Below, piece by piece: positions 1 to 10,600 of a DNA stretch of 64,000 nucleotides. The notes under the pieces were generated by a model. The model worked only from the letters and a program-made list of their open reading frames with translations. It searched no databases and was not told the origin of the DNA. How positions within the stretch are numbered: position 1 is the stretch's first letter; every line of letters starts with the position of its first letter. A program made the translations under genes and the position numbers. This DNA is from Ruminococcus sp. (lineage in GTDB: Bacteria; Bacillota; Clostridia; Oscillospirales; Ruminococcaceae): the NCBI GenBank assembly GCA_017934425.1, contig JAGBJO010000029.1, positions 10,050 through 74,049 of the forward strand, read 5' to 3'.

Positions 1-1294
1 TGGGGTTCAGACACCAGAATGTGTGGTTGATATGGTTCTTTATCATAAAGTCACGGAGAAGCTCCATCCATGTCTGGTTCTTAGTGCCGTCCATGTGACC
101 GCCCCACTCACCGATAAGCAGAGGAGCGATATTCTCCTTGTTGATATATGCCCATGTGTCATACCAGTAGTCATCGAGAAGTGTCTGCTCGGTGAAGTCC
201 TTTTCAAACCAGGTCTGCTTGTATACTGACGGGCCGTAGTCATGAGGTGAGTAAACGATCTGGCTTGTACCAGCCTTAGGAGTAATGGGGTAGTCTCTTA
301 CGCCACGGAGGTTGCCGCCCCACCATGCACCGTACCAGGGTGACTTGTCAGCAGGAGCGTCGAATATATCGGGAGTATCATAGGTGTAGCCCTTATCAGT
401 CTTGGGGTACTGCTCAACGCCCTCGATGAAGATAAGCGCATGAGGATTTACCTCAAGGATCTTATCAGCGCAGGTAGTTGCAGCGTATGCCCAGTTATTC
501 TCATCTGTAGAGCCGTCCCACTTTGCGATAGTATCAGGGCACTCTGAACCGGAATATCCTCTCTTGCCGTGAGGCTCGTTCTTCAGGTCGAAACCGAGAA
601 CTGTATCGTCGTTCTTGTACTTGTCAGCCAGCCATACCAGAGTATCCATCCATATCTCAGTAGTAACGCCAGCCTTGCCGTACCAGAGGTTGTAGTCGTG
701 ACCGGAGTTGTTCTCGTCAGGGCTGTGAATGTCGATAAATGCCTTGATACCGTACTCCTTGCACTTTCTTATGATAATGTCGAAGATCTCCTCGGAATTT
801 TTAAAAGTCTTGCCGTCAGCCTGACAAAAGTCCTTATTGAAGTTACCGTACTTACCAGCAGGAGTAACAGTGCCGTCCTCGCCTACAGTATCAACAGGGG
901 GATTATAGCTTGCCTGAATGGAGGAAACCGGGTCAGGTTCGCCAGCCTTCCAGGAAACGATAAGCTCTGTGGAAATGGGGAAGCGGATAACATTGATACC
1001 TCTGTCAGCAACGTTCTTAAGGAATACATCAACGTCGCAGGCATACAGACCGTGAGGAACGTTCTCGGAGCAGTTAGCGCCGAACCAGTTAGCACCGGTA
1101 AGCCATACCTCATTGCCGTTCATGTCGTACAGGCGGCTGCCCTCAGCGTGAAGCCAGTCATCGCCAGTGTCGTCGATAGCTGATGCGGATAACGTGTTTT
1201 CTGCTGTGATACTGCCTGCAAACGGCGCTATACCAGTAAAGGTCAGCGCAGCAGCCGAAATGAATGCAGCCACAGCCCTCATTGCTTTCTTCAT
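1..1294 (-). CDS. GH5 endoglucanase/cellulase (probably subfamily 1), 5' part; runs off the left edge
   Basis: Not in the ORF track (no stop in window). Manual translation from ATG 1294 gives MKKAMRAVAAFISAAALTFTGIAPFAG...DDWLHAEGSRLYDMNGNEVWLTGANWFG, with a signal peptide, the GFDLKNEPH acid/base motif and YSPHDY. SD GAGAGGG upstream. Clear paralogue of 38371..40188. Confidence 0.92.
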   Translation of the reverse strand, partial: MKKAMRAVAAFISAAALTFTGIAPFAGSITAENTLSASAIDDTGDDWLHAEGSRLYDMNGNEVWLTGANWFGANCSENVPHGLYACDVDVFLKNVADRGINVIRFPISTELIVSWKAGEPDPVSSIQASYNPPVDTVGEDGTVTPAGKYGNFNKDFCQADGKTFKNSEEIFDIIIRKCKEYGIKAFIDIHSPDENNSGHDYNLWYGKAGVTTEIWMDTLVWLADKYKNDDTVLGFDLKNEPHGKRGYSGSECPDTIAKWDGSTDENNWAYAATTCADKILEVNPHALIFIEGVEQYPKTDKGYTYDTPDIFDAPADKSPWYGAWWGGNLRGVRDYPITPKAGTSQIVYSPHDYGPSVYKQTWFEKDFTEQTLLDDYWYDTWAYINKENIAPLLIGEWGGHMDGTKNQTWMELLRDFMIKNHINHTFWCLNP

Positions 1295-1371
1295 AGTAAT
1301 TTCCCTCTCTTAAAGGTGCGTGTATTTTTGTTTTCCAGTGCAGGCACACTGATATGCACCTTATCAGTTTT

Positions 1372-1400
1372 ATTGTACCATTTATACCGCTAAAAGTCAA
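1372..1400 (-). promoter_or_regulatory. sigmaA-type promoter of the GH5 gene
   Basis: TTGACT-N17-TACAAT on the minus strand, with TG upstream of the -10. Confidence 0.6.
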
Positions 1401-1601
1401 TAGTTTCACCGCACTCACCCACGGCAACAGCATTTACTTTTTGTGAAGCATTTTCTGATATACAATGGAAAACTACCGGTTTCCGAAGAAAGCCATGCGC
1501 CGGAATTATTTCCGGCGACAGGCTGGTAAGGGTCTGCACTCTCTTGGGTATCCGGAAAACTTGCCGGTAAAAATCGGCAAAAGAGGGGAAAAAAGGGGTT
1601 C

Positions 1602-1716
1602 AGGAAAGGGGAGTCCAGAGGGGAAAACCTAAGGGGGAAAAGGGGGAGGGAATGCCGATTTTTGTCGGGTTTAATTAGTCCCTCACCCTTTTCCACCTTG
1701 GGTTGTCCCCTTTGGC
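1602..1716. repeat. G-rich REP-like fold-back element (37-bp imperfect inverted repeat)
   Basis: CCAGAGGGGAAAACCTAAGGGGGAAAAGGGGGAGGGA pairs with TCCCTCACCCTTTTCCACCTTGGGTTGTCCCCTTTGG (5 differences, 2 of them G:U-compatible). Its left flank resembles the arms of the 40211 element. Confidence 0.7.
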
Positions 1717-2018
1717 ATACGGCGAGTTGGAGAGTGGCAACTCTCAAAAAACAAACTGGCGGCATAAATAATCCTCAAAAAAAGTAAATGGTGTTGCCTT
1801 AATAATTCATAATGCATAATGAACTGTTACCGGAAATTTTCAGGCAGCGGTGCTGTATGGCAAGTATTTTAAATATGTCGTATCCTTACTGTATTCAACA
1901 TCGTAGCCATATATAAGGGTATAAAAATCTCATAATATCGGGGCTGATGAATGTTCATACTTAGTTCATAAAATAATTGTGTAAAGTGACGGAATTTGTC
2001 TGAGGGCAAAAATAACTA

Positions 2019-2047
2019 TTGAAAATTCAGGAAAGGTGTGGTATAAT
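2019..2047 (+). promoter_or_regulatory. sigmaA-type promoter of scfAB
   Basis: TTGAAA-N17-TATAAT with extended TG. Confidence 0.65.
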
Positions 2048-2098
2048 AATAACAATAAAAAAACGGCTTGACCGAATTCTTTTCAGGAGGATAAAAAC

Positions 2099-2236
2099 AT
2101 GAAACACATCCAGACTATGAACAAGGCTAATCTCAAGGAGTCCGCTAAGAAGGGCGGCTGCGGTAAATGTCAGGCTTCATGCCAGTCCGCTTGCAAGACC
2201 TCATGTACTGTTGCTAACCAGAAGTGCGAGAGATAA
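2099..2236 (+). CDS. scfA: SCIFF (six-cysteine-in-forty-five) ranthipeptide precursor
   Basis: Below the ORF-track cutoff. MKHIQTMNKANLKESAKKGGCGKCQASCQSACKTSCTVANQKCER is exactly 45 aa with six Cys; SD AGGAGG; directly upstream of the maturase. Confidence 0.97.
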   Translation: MKHIQTMNKANLKESAKKGGCGKCQASCQSACKTSCTVANQKCER

Positions 2237-2261
2237 GTAAGACCTGAATCAGTTCGTGAAC

Positions 2262-2292
2262 GGGGCAGTATGTTCAAATGCTGCCTCTTTTT
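2262..2292 (+). terminator. stem-loop plus U-tract between scfA and scfB (partial terminator or stabiliser)
   Basis: GGGGCAGTAT...ATGCTGCCTC followed by TTTTT. Confidence 0.6.
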
Positions 2293-2317
2293 ATATTTTT
2301 TGAAAGGATGAACGGAA

Positions 2318-3688
2318 ATGATACATAAGTACAAGCTGGGCGGTTTCAATATCGTCCTTGATGTTAACAGCGGCGGCGTGCATATCGTTGACGAACTTAC
2401 TTACGATCTGCTTGACAACGTTGAGCCTCCTTTTGAGGAAAAATGTCCTGAGGACGTTGTGAAGAAACTCTCCCGTGTTTACGACCCTGAGGAGATCGAG
2501 TCCTGCTATCAGGAGATAGTTGAACTTTATAACGATAAGATACTCTTTTCCGAGGACGACTATGAGAAGTACGCCAAGTACTCTGTAGCTTCACCTGTAA
2601 AGGCTATGTGCCTGAATATCGCCCATGACTGCAACCTCAGATGCCGCTACTGCTTCGCTTCTACAGGCGACTTCGGCAAGGGACGCAAGCTTATGAGTTT
2701 CGAGACTGGTAAGCACGCTATCGACTTCCTGCTGGAAAACTCCGGCGACAGACCTAACCTGGAACTGGATTTCTTCGGCGGCGAACCCCTTATGAACTTT
2801 AACGTAGTAAAGCAGATAGTTGAGTACGCTCGCTCCAGAGAGGCTGAGTACGGCAAGAAGTTCCGCTTCACTATCACTACTAACGGTCTGCTTCTGGACG
2901 ACGAGAAGATCGAGTTCATCAACCGTGAAATGTCTAACGTTGTTCTCTCTATCGACGGCAGAAAGGAAGTCAACGACTATATGCGTATAAGAGTTGACGG
3001 CTCTGGCTGCTACGACAAGATACTCCCCGCTTTCAAGAAGCTTGTTGAGGGCAGAGGTGATAAGGAATACTACGTTCGTGGTACTTTCACAAACCACAAC
3101 CTTGACTTCTCCGAGGACGTTTTCGCCCTTTACGACGCTGGTTTCGACCAGATCTCAATTGAGCCTGTTGTAGGCGATTCTGACGAGTACGCTCTCAGAG
3201 AGAAAGACCTGCCGGCTGTATTTAAAGAGTATGAGGTACTTGCAAAGCGTATTCTCGATAATGAAAAGACCGGCAAGAAGTTCAACTTCTTCCACTTCAT
3301 GATCGACCTCGACCAGGGTCCCTGCGCTATCAAGCGTCTGAGAGGCTGCGGCTGCGGCAACGACTATGTTGCTATCACTCCCGACGGCGACATCTTCCCC
3401 TGCCACCAGTTCGTAGGTATCGACGAGTACAAAATGGGCAACATCGACGAGGGAACTTTCAACCAGGATATGAAGGCTGACTTTGCTGCTGCACACGTTT
3501 ACTCAAAGCCGGAATGTCGCCAGTGCTGGGCTAAGTTCTATTGCAGCGGCGGCTGTAACGCCAATAACTATCAGTATATGGGCGACATCAGAACTGCTCA
3601 CAAGCTCTCATGTCAGCTTGAAAAGAAGCGTCTTGAGTGCGCTATCATGATGAAGGCTGTCCGCACATTCGGTAAACCGCTTGATTAA
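2318..3688 (+). CDS. scfB: SCIFF radical SAM maturase (RRE + radical SAM + SPASM)
   Basis: CNLRCRYC motif, FFGGEP, and SPASM cysteines (GCGCG...PCHQF...CRQCWAKFYCSGGC); adjacent to the precursor. Confidence 0.96.
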   Translation: MIHKYKLGGFNIVLDVNSGGVHIVDELTYDLLDNVEPPFEEKCPEDVVKKLSRVYDPEEIESCYQEIVELYNDKILFSEDDYEKYAKYSVASPVKAMCLNIAHDCNLRCRYCFASTGDFGKGRKLMSFETGKHAIDFLLENSGDRPNLELDFFGGEPLMNFNVVKQIVEYARSREAEYGKKFRFTITTNGLLLDDEKIEFINREMSNVVLSIDGRKEVNDYMRIRVDGSGCYDKILPAFKKLVEGRGDKEYYVRGTFTNHNLDFSEDVFALYDAGFDQISIEPVVGDSDEYALREKDLPAVFKEYEVLAKRILDNEKTGKKFNFFHFMIDLDQGPCAIKRLRGCGCGNDYVAITPDGDIFPCHQFVGIDEYKMGNIDEGTFNQDMKADFAAAHVYSKPECRQCWAKFYCSGGCNANNYQYMGDIRTAHKLSCQLEKKRLECAIMMKAVRTFGKPLD

Positions 3689-3751
3689 TTCGTAATGCGT
3701 AATTGCGCCCTGCTATTTCTGCGGCGGTGATTTAATGCCGCAAGTGATATC

Positions 3752-3792
3752 AAAAAGACCGTTCGGTTTCTTCAAACTGAACGGTCTTTTGT
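3752..3792. terminator. bidirectional intrinsic terminator
   Basis: AAAAGACCGTTCGGTTT...AAACTGAACGGTCTTTT between convergent genes. Confidence 0.8.
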
Positions 3793-3838
3793 TTTATGAT
3801 CGCAGGCTATACACTGATTACACCTTAAATGAGGGTTA

Positions 3839-4999
3839 TCATTCTTCGTCCTCGTCATAGAATACGTTGTAGGTCACTGCACGATGACTGTAGGTGCTGA
3901 GGACAAGTCCTATTACGGCGTACATACTTACCATCGCCGTACCACCGCCGCTGAGGAAGGGCAGCGGTACGCCGATTACCGGCAGTACTTTCAGTACCAT
4001 TCCCAGGTTCATTACACAGTGGGTGAAGAAAAGTCCGAATGCGCCCATGCAGATGAATCTGCCCAGCCTGTCTCTTGTGATGCGGCTGTTGGCAAATACC
4101 TTCAGGCAGATGTAAGCCAGCACTATCAGTACTCCAAGTGCGCCGATAAAGCCGAATACTTGCCCTACATAGGCGAAGATGAAGTCGTTGTGTATCTCAG
4201 GAACGTAAACGTATTCCTCCGGTGCGGCGAAAAGTCCCTTGCCGAATACTCCGCCGGAACGCAGCGATGCAAGTCCCAGGTCTTGCTGATACTCGATATT
4301 CTCCGGGTCAGTTCCAGGGTGGAAGAGTATCAGGATTCGCTTCTTGTGGAAGTCGCTGAGGGCGAAAAACCACATTGCCGCTATTGCACCGCCTGCGATA
4401 AACGGCGCTGCCAGCAGATACTTCCAGTTTATCTTGGCTGTTATCATCATTGAAGCGAACATTGCCGCAAAAACTATGGCTGTACCATAGTCGCCCTGCT
4501 TGCCGACTATCGCTATGGGTACTCCGCCGTGAAGCAGAAGCAGAAGCATATGCAGGGGCTTGTTCATATCTTCCTCGTCACGGGAAAGGTGGTAGCTGAA
4601 CGAGAGTATGAACGCTATCTTCATTATCTCAGATGGCTGTAACGTGAAGCTTCCTATGCGTATCCACGCCTGGTCGTCCGCACCCTCACGCTGATAACCC
4701 AGTGAGGTGAACGTCAGCGCCACAAGTCCCAGCGCCAGCGGAACGAATATGAACCATAGCTTTACAAGCTTACGGTAGTCGATAAATGACAGAATCACGG
4801 CGGCGATTATGCCCATACCCATTGATATAAGCTGTGTACGTGGGTAACTTGCACCTACGCCCTCGCCTTCACTTATGCCGCTTTTGTATATGGAAAAAAG
4901 CAGCAGTACACTTATTACTGCACATATTGTCACCGCCAGCAGAAGTCCTATGTCAAGGCTGTGTCTGCTGCCGGGCAGTTTTTTAAATGCCGATTTCAT
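3839..4999 (-). CDS. FtsW/RodA/SpoVE (SEDS) family protein
   Basis: About 10 TM helices; WIRIGSFTLQPSE, HNDFIFA and GVPLPFLSGGG motifs. Confidence 0.93.
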   Translation of the reverse strand: MKSAFKKLPGSRHSLDIGLLLAVTICAVISVLLLFSIYKSGISEGEGVGASYPRTQLISMGMGIIAAVILSFIDYRKLVKLWFIFVPLALGLVALTFTSLGYQREGADDQAWIRIGSFTLQPSEIMKIAFILSFSYHLSRDEEDMNKPLHMLLLLLHGGVPIAIVGKQGDYGTAIVFAAMFASMMITAKINWKYLLAAPFIAGGAIAAMWFFALSDFHKKRILILFHPGTDPENIEYQQDLGLASLRSGGVFGKGLFAAPEEYVYVPEIHNDFIFAYVGQVFGFIGALGVLIVLAYICLKVFANSRITRDRLGRFICMGAFGLFFTHCVMNLGMVLKVLPVIGVPLPFLSGGGTAMVSMYAVIGLVLSTYSHRAVTYNVFYDEDEE

Positions 5000-5016
5000 T
5001 GTTTCTCCTTTTTCTT

Positions 5017-6561
5017 TTACGCCTGTTCTATCTCCTCCGCCGACCAGTACTTCCGGTCAAGGCTGCGGTAACGTGCAGCGGCGGCTATGTGGCTCTTGCT
5101 TATTATCTCTTTGCCCTCCAGGTCAGCTATAGTCCTTGCGACTTTCAGTATCCTGTCGTAGGCTCTTGCGGAAAGTCCCAGCTTGTCGAATATGTTCTTC
5201 ATCATATTCTCCGCACTTTCGTCCATTGGGCAGTACTCCTGCAATTTGTCGGGAGTTATCAGCGCATTACAAGTGATATTCGTTCCCTGGAAGCGCTTTT
5301 CCTGTATCTTCCTTGCGGCGATAACTCTCGCTCTTATGGCTGAGGAGGGTTCTTCGTGGGCTTTCGAGGAAAGGTCTGCATACTCCACCGGTGCTACATC
5401 TATATGCAGATCAAAACGGTCGAGCAAAGGACCTGATATCTTGGAAAGGTACGCTGCCACCTTCTTCGGGGAACAGGTACACTTGTGCTTCAAATTGCCA
5501 AAATATCCGCAGGGACATGGGTTCATCGCACCTATGAGCATAATGGTGCAGGGGTAAGTAACTGTCCCCGAAACTCTGGCTATGGTAACACGCCTGTCCT
5601 CAAGGGGCTGACGGAGTATCTCCAGGGTTCGCCTGTCGAATTCCGCAAGTTCATCGAGGAAAAGCAGACCATTGTGAGCCAGGGAAACTTCTCCCGGCTT
5701 TGGTATGCTTCCGCCTCCGGCAAGTCCTGCGGCGGATATGGTGTGGTGTGGCGCACGGAAGGGTCTTTTAGTTATTATGGGCGCTTCCGGGCTAAGCATA
5801 CCTGAAATTGAATGTATCTTTGTAGTTTCAAGGGCTTCGTCGAAAGTCAGGGGCGGAAGTATGGAAGGCATACGCTTTGCGAGCATACTCTTTCCGCTTC
5901 CGGGCGAACCTATGAGAAGTGCATTATGTCCGCCTGCTGCGGCTATTTCAAGGGCTTTCTTGGCAAACTGCTGTCCACGGACATCGGCAAAGTCGATAGT
6001 CTCGTTGTAGGCGGTTTCCGGCGGTATATAGTGTTCGCAGGGGGCAAGCTTTTTCTGACCTCGGAAATGGCTGATAAGCTGTTCTGCTTCGGTGACGGCG
6101 TAGATGTCGATACCAGTAATTACCGACGCTTCCGCCGAATTGTCAGCCGGTACGAATACCGCTTTCAAGCCCATTTCCCTGGCAAGCATGACCATTGGCA
6201 GAACGCCGTTTATCCGGCGTATAGCGCCATTCAGGGAGATCTCTCCGATGAATGCACAGCCGTCAGTCTCCTCGTCGATAAGGCGCATACCCTTCAGAAG
6301 CGCCATGAATATCGCCATATCATGAACCGAGCCGCTTTTCTTCGTGTCCGCCGGGGCAAGGTTCACCATTACCGACGCTACCGGGAAATTTATATCGCAG
6401 GCACGCAAGGCAGCTTTGATGCGGTCACGGCTCTCTTTTACAACTGTATCCGGCAGTCCCACTATCTCGAACTGAGGCTGCCCACGGCTTATATCTATCT
6501 CCACATCTACCGGGAAGGCGTTCAGCCCGAAAAGTCCAAGGCTGGAAATACTCGCAAACAT
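5017..6561 (-). CDS. YifB/ComM family Mg-chelatase-like AAA+ ATPase
   Basis: IVGLPD, GSPGSGKS Walker A, PFRAPHHT, LFLDEL, MNPCPCG and LSARAYDRILKVARTIADL. Confidence 0.95.
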   Translation of the reverse strand: MFASISSLGLFGLNAFPVDVEIDISRGQPQFEIVGLPDTVVKESRDRIKAALRACDINFPVASVMVNLAPADTKKSGSVHDMAIFMALLKGMRLIDEETDGCAFIGEISLNGAIRRINGVLPMVMLAREMGLKAVFVPADNSAEASVITGIDIYAVTEAEQLISHFRGQKKLAPCEHYIPPETAYNETIDFADVRGQQFAKKALEIAAAGGHNALLIGSPGSGKSMLAKRMPSILPPLTFDEALETTKIHSISGMLSPEAPIITKRPFRAPHHTISAAGLAGGGSIPKPGEVSLAHNGLLFLDELAEFDRRTLEILRQPLEDRRVTIARVSGTVTYPCTIMLIGAMNPCPCGYFGNLKHKCTCSPKKVAAYLSKISGPLLDRFDLHIDVAPVEYADLSSKAHEEPSSAIRARVIAARKIQEKRFQGTNITCNALITPDKLQEYCPMDESAENMMKNIFDKLGLSARAYDRILKVARTIADLEGKEIISKSHIAAAARYRSLDRKYWSAEEIEQA

Positions 6562-6583
6562 TTTTCTGCCTCCTTAGAATGTA

Positions 6584-7273
6584 TTAAAGCGGATCGAACA
6601 TATCATCGTCGCCGCTGTCAGGGGTAAATTCTATCTCGTCAGGGATAGCATCAGCAGTACTTATAGTTTCAAGTTCGTGCATCTGTCTGCCGTCGCCTGT
6701 CTCCTCGGACTGACGGGAGTACTCCGCCATATACCGTGAGGTGTAGCCGGGGTTGTCGTCGCTTCTTGCGATTATCTCGCTGAACTGGGGAAAGCCCTCC
6801 GTTTCTTTAAGCTGTTCATAGTCGGCAACGTTCCGGAAAGTATTCCTGAGTACTATAAGTCCGCCCACGCCTATCATCAAAGAGGCGGTATCAGTTCCCC
6901 TCTCGGTAAAGCCGCAAATCAGTGCGCTTATCGCCATAAGTGCGTAAAGTCCGAAAAGTATGATGTGGCATTTGTCCGCCTTGTGGTTTCCTTTGAAACC
7001 CAGGGCTGCCACAGCTAACAGTTCAAGGAATTGCAGGAAAAGATAGCCAACGCCGTACTGGTTTCCGAATATAAGCATTGGCAGCCAGCTTATCACCTGA
7101 AAAGTTTCGGTGAACATGGCTGTTACCGCCATGAATGCGCTTGAACCTATGGCGTAGTATGCCGCATATTTTGAGAACTGCTCGATACCGGTCATACGAA
7201 CCTGGCAAGCGCCATAGTGACCGTGTGCCGGCTTTTCAGCTATTGCTTCGTTGAATTTCATTTTCATTGTCAT
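6584..7273 (-). CDS. hypothetical membrane protein (about 4 TM, acidic C-terminal tail)
   Basis: ORF with hydrophobic segments, SD AGGGGGA, same strand and close spacing with yifB. Confidence 0.7.
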   Translation of the reverse strand: MTMKMKFNEAIAEKPAHGHYGACQVRMTGIEQFSKYAAYYAIGSSAFMAVTAMFTETFQVISWLPMLIFGNQYGVGYLFLQFLELLAVAALGFKGNHKADKCHIILFGLYALMAISALICGFTERGTDTASLMIGVGGLIVLRNTFRNVADYEQLKETEGFPQFSEIIARSDDNPGYTSRYMAEYSRQSEETGDGRQMHELETISTADAIPDEIEFTPDSGDDDMFDPL

Positions 7274-7310
7274 TCCCCCTTGTCAAATCGTATTCTTGAT
7301 ATTCCTAATC

Positions 7311-7360
7311 ATTATGAATTATGCATTAATTACGCATTACGAATTACGAATTACGCATTA
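7311..7360. repeat. heptamer tandem repeat ATTAYGM (6 units plus partials)
   Basis: ATTATGA ATTATGC ATTA ATTACGC ATTACGA ATTACGA ATTACGC ATTA. Confidence 0.85.
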
Positions 7361-7687
7361 ATATTATATCACGTTTAAGAGGATTTGTAAATGAATATTG
7401 CACATTATTTAGAAAAGGCAAAGTGTACAAAAAAACCGGTACTCTTTTCCAGAGAACCGGCAAGGCGACGATTTTTCATTTACCCCCTTGACTTTCAGGG
7501 CGAAATGTAATATAATTGTATAATGTATCAGTATGGAAAAACAGTCTCTCCCTACGGTAAGTATTATATCACATATGATGTGGTCTTGTCAATAGGTTGT
7601 GACAAAATTTTTTCATATTTCGTTACCGTAAATACTCCGCAGATGTCCCCAAAACTACCTGCGGAAAAAAATAAGGAGGTTCCGCCT

Positions 7688-10600
7688 ATGGTGAACGCAA
7701 CACCTAAGCAGCTGGGAAAGAACGTCAGAATGAGCTTCGGAAAAATTACCGAGCCCCTTGAGATGTCTAACCTTATCGAGGTACAGATCAATTCCTTTAA
7801 GTGGTTCCGTGAGGAGGGTCTTAAAGAGGTTTTCCGTGATATGACCGAGATCACCGATTATAACGGAAATCTTGCCCTGCGTTTTCTGGATTACCGCTTC
7901 GATACTACCCCTAAGTATACTATCGCTGAATGCAAGTCGAGAGGTGCTACTTACCAGGTAGCTATGCACGCTAAAGTTATGCTCTGTAATAAGGAGACTA
8001 CTGAGGCTAATGAGTGCGAGATCTACATGGGCGAATTCCCCCTGATGACTGACAGCGGTACTTTCGTTATCAACGGCGCTGAGCGTGTTATCGTATCTCA
8101 GCTCGTCCGTTCACCCGGCGTTTACTACGCTTCTGAGAAGGATAAGAACGGTAAAGACCTTTTCGCTACTACCGTTATCCCGAACCGTGGTGCATGGCTT
8201 GAGTACGAAATGGACTCAAACGACGTTGTATACGTCCGCATAGACAAGAACAGAAAGATACCGATAACTACATTTATCCGTGCCCTGGGCGTTGGCTCTG
8301 ATGAGGAGATCTTCGAGATGTTCGGCGACGACGAGCGTCTGAGACAGACTATCCTCCAGAAGGATCAGACCAAGAACAATTCCGACGCTCTTATGGACGT
8401 TTACAAGAAGCTTCGCCCCGGCGAGCCTCCTACAGTCGAGGCTGCTCTTGCCCACCTCAATAACCTGTTCTTCGACGCTAAGAGATATGATCTCTGCCGC
8501 TTCGGTAGATACAAGTACAACAAGAAGCTGGGCATCGCTTCCAGACTGGCTGGTCATGTCCTTGCTGAGCCTATCATCAATCCCCTTACCGGTGAGATCA
8601 TGGCTGAGGAAGGCGACCTTATCACTTACGACAAGGCTTGCGAGATCGAGCAGGCTGGCGTTTACTACGCTTTCGTTACTGTTGAAGCTAAGGAATACCG
8701 TGTTAACGAGAACGGCGAGACTTACATTGAAATGGTGGAGAAGGTCGTTAAGATCATCGGTAACGGTATGGTCGATATCAGCGAATACGTTGGTTTCGAT
8801 GCTCAGCAGTACGGCATCAACGAGAAGGTCTCCTTCAAGGTCCTCAGAGATATCCTGGAGAACTCCGCTGATGAGGACGAGATCGAGGATAACGTCCGCA
8901 AGAGAGCTGACGAACTCGTTCCTAAGCACATCATTCTTGACGATATCTACGCTACTATCAGCTACTTCCTCAACCTTTGCGAGGGCGTTGGTACTGTTGA
9001 CGATATCGACCACCTGGGCAACAGACGTATCCGCTCTGTAGGCGAGCTGCTCCAGAACCAGTTCCGCATCGGTTACGCAAGAATGGAAAGAAGCATTCGT
9101 GAGAGAATGAATATCCAGTCTCAGGACGTTAAGAACCTGACTGCCCAGTCTCTTATCAATATAAGACCTATTTCCTCAGCTATGAAGGAATTCTTCTGCT
9201 CCTCACCTCTTTCTCAGTTCATGGATCAGAATAACCCTCTTGCTGAACTTACTCATAAAAGACGTCTTTCAGCCCTGGGTCCTGGCGGTCTGTCAAGAGA
9301 TCGTGCCGGATTCGAGGTTCGTGACGTTCACTACAGCCACTACGGAAGAATGTGTCCTATCGAGACCCCTGAAGGTCCTAACATCGGTCTGATCTCCTAC
9401 CTGGCTACTTTCGCAAGGATCAACGAGTACGGCTTCATCGAAGCTCCCTACCGCCGTGTTGACAAGGAAACAGGCGTAGTTACAGGCGAAGTCGTTTACA
9501 TGACTGCTGACGTTGAGGATAATTACGTTGTCGCTCAGGCGAACGAACCCCTCACCGAAGATAATAAACTGGCAAGACCCCGTGTTAACGCAAGATGCCG
9601 TGACCAGATCCTGGAAATCGAGCGTGAGAAGGTAGACTACATGGACGTATCTCCTAAGATGGTCGTTTCTGTGGCTACTTCCATGATCCCCTTCCTGGAA
9701 AACGATGACGCTAACCGTGCCCTCATGGGATCTAACATGCAGAGACAGGCTGTTCCGCTCCTCAAGACCGAGCGTCCGTTCGTCGGCACTGGTATGGAGT
9801 ATAAGGCTGCTGTTGACTCCGGTGTATGCATCGTTGCTGACTGCGACGGTAAGGTATCCTACGTTGACGCTGACAAGATCCACGTTATCGATACAGATGG
9901 CGTTGAGCATAAGTATGAGCTTATCAAGTTCAAGCGCTCTAACCAGGGTACTTGCGTAAACCAGAGACCTATCGTTTCCACCGGCGAAGAAATAAAGAAG
10001 GGTCAGGTACTTGCTGACGGCCCCGCTACCGCTGACGGTGAGATCTCACTGGGTAAGAACGCCCTCATCGGCTTCATGACCTGGGAAGGTTACAACTACG
10101 AGGACGCTGTTCTCCTTAACGAGCGCCTTGTTAGAGAAGATGTATTCACCTCCGTTCACATCGAGGAGTATGAGATAGAGTGCCGTGACACTAAGCTCGG
10201 ACCTGAGGAGATCACCCGTGATATCCCCAACGTGGGCGACGACGCTCTGGCTAACCTGGACGATAAAGGTATCATAAGGATCGGTTCTGAGGTTTCCTCC
10301 GGCGATATCCTCGTTGGTAAGGTTACTCCTAAGGGCGAGACTGAGCTGACTGCTGAGGAGCGCCTGCTGCGTGCTATCTTTGGCGAGAAGGCAAGAGAAG
10401 TACGTGATAACTCCCTTAAAGTACCTCACGGTGCTGCCGGCGTTATCGTTGACGTTAAGGTATTCACCCGTGATAACTGCGCTGAGCTTGGTGCCGGCGT
10501 AAATATGCGTGTCATCTGCTACATCGCTCAGAAGCGTAAGATCACTGTCGGCGATAAGATGGCTGGCCGTCACGGTAATAAGGGTGTCGTTTCCCGTATC

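Noticed and set aside
1080-1130. Near-identical DNA to about 38538-38590, possible DGR template/variable pair or inversion repeat
   Set aside because: Differences are at synonymous positions of a conserved GH5 motif, not adenine-specific; no reverse transcriptase or recombinase nearby. Ordinary paralogy.
1415-1765. 116-aa ORF in the intergenic region
   Set aside because: Low-complexity translation of the G/C-run fold-back element; no credible SD.
7311-7360. Possible CRISPR array
   Set aside because: 7-bp tandem units without spacers; no cas genes in the window.
7523-7687. N-terminal extensions in the ORF track (rpoB; also 16223, 25232, 34850, 43019, 59086, 62331)
   Set aside because: Downstream starts have proper SD sequences and match family N-termini; the extensions run through promoters, terminators or upstream genes.
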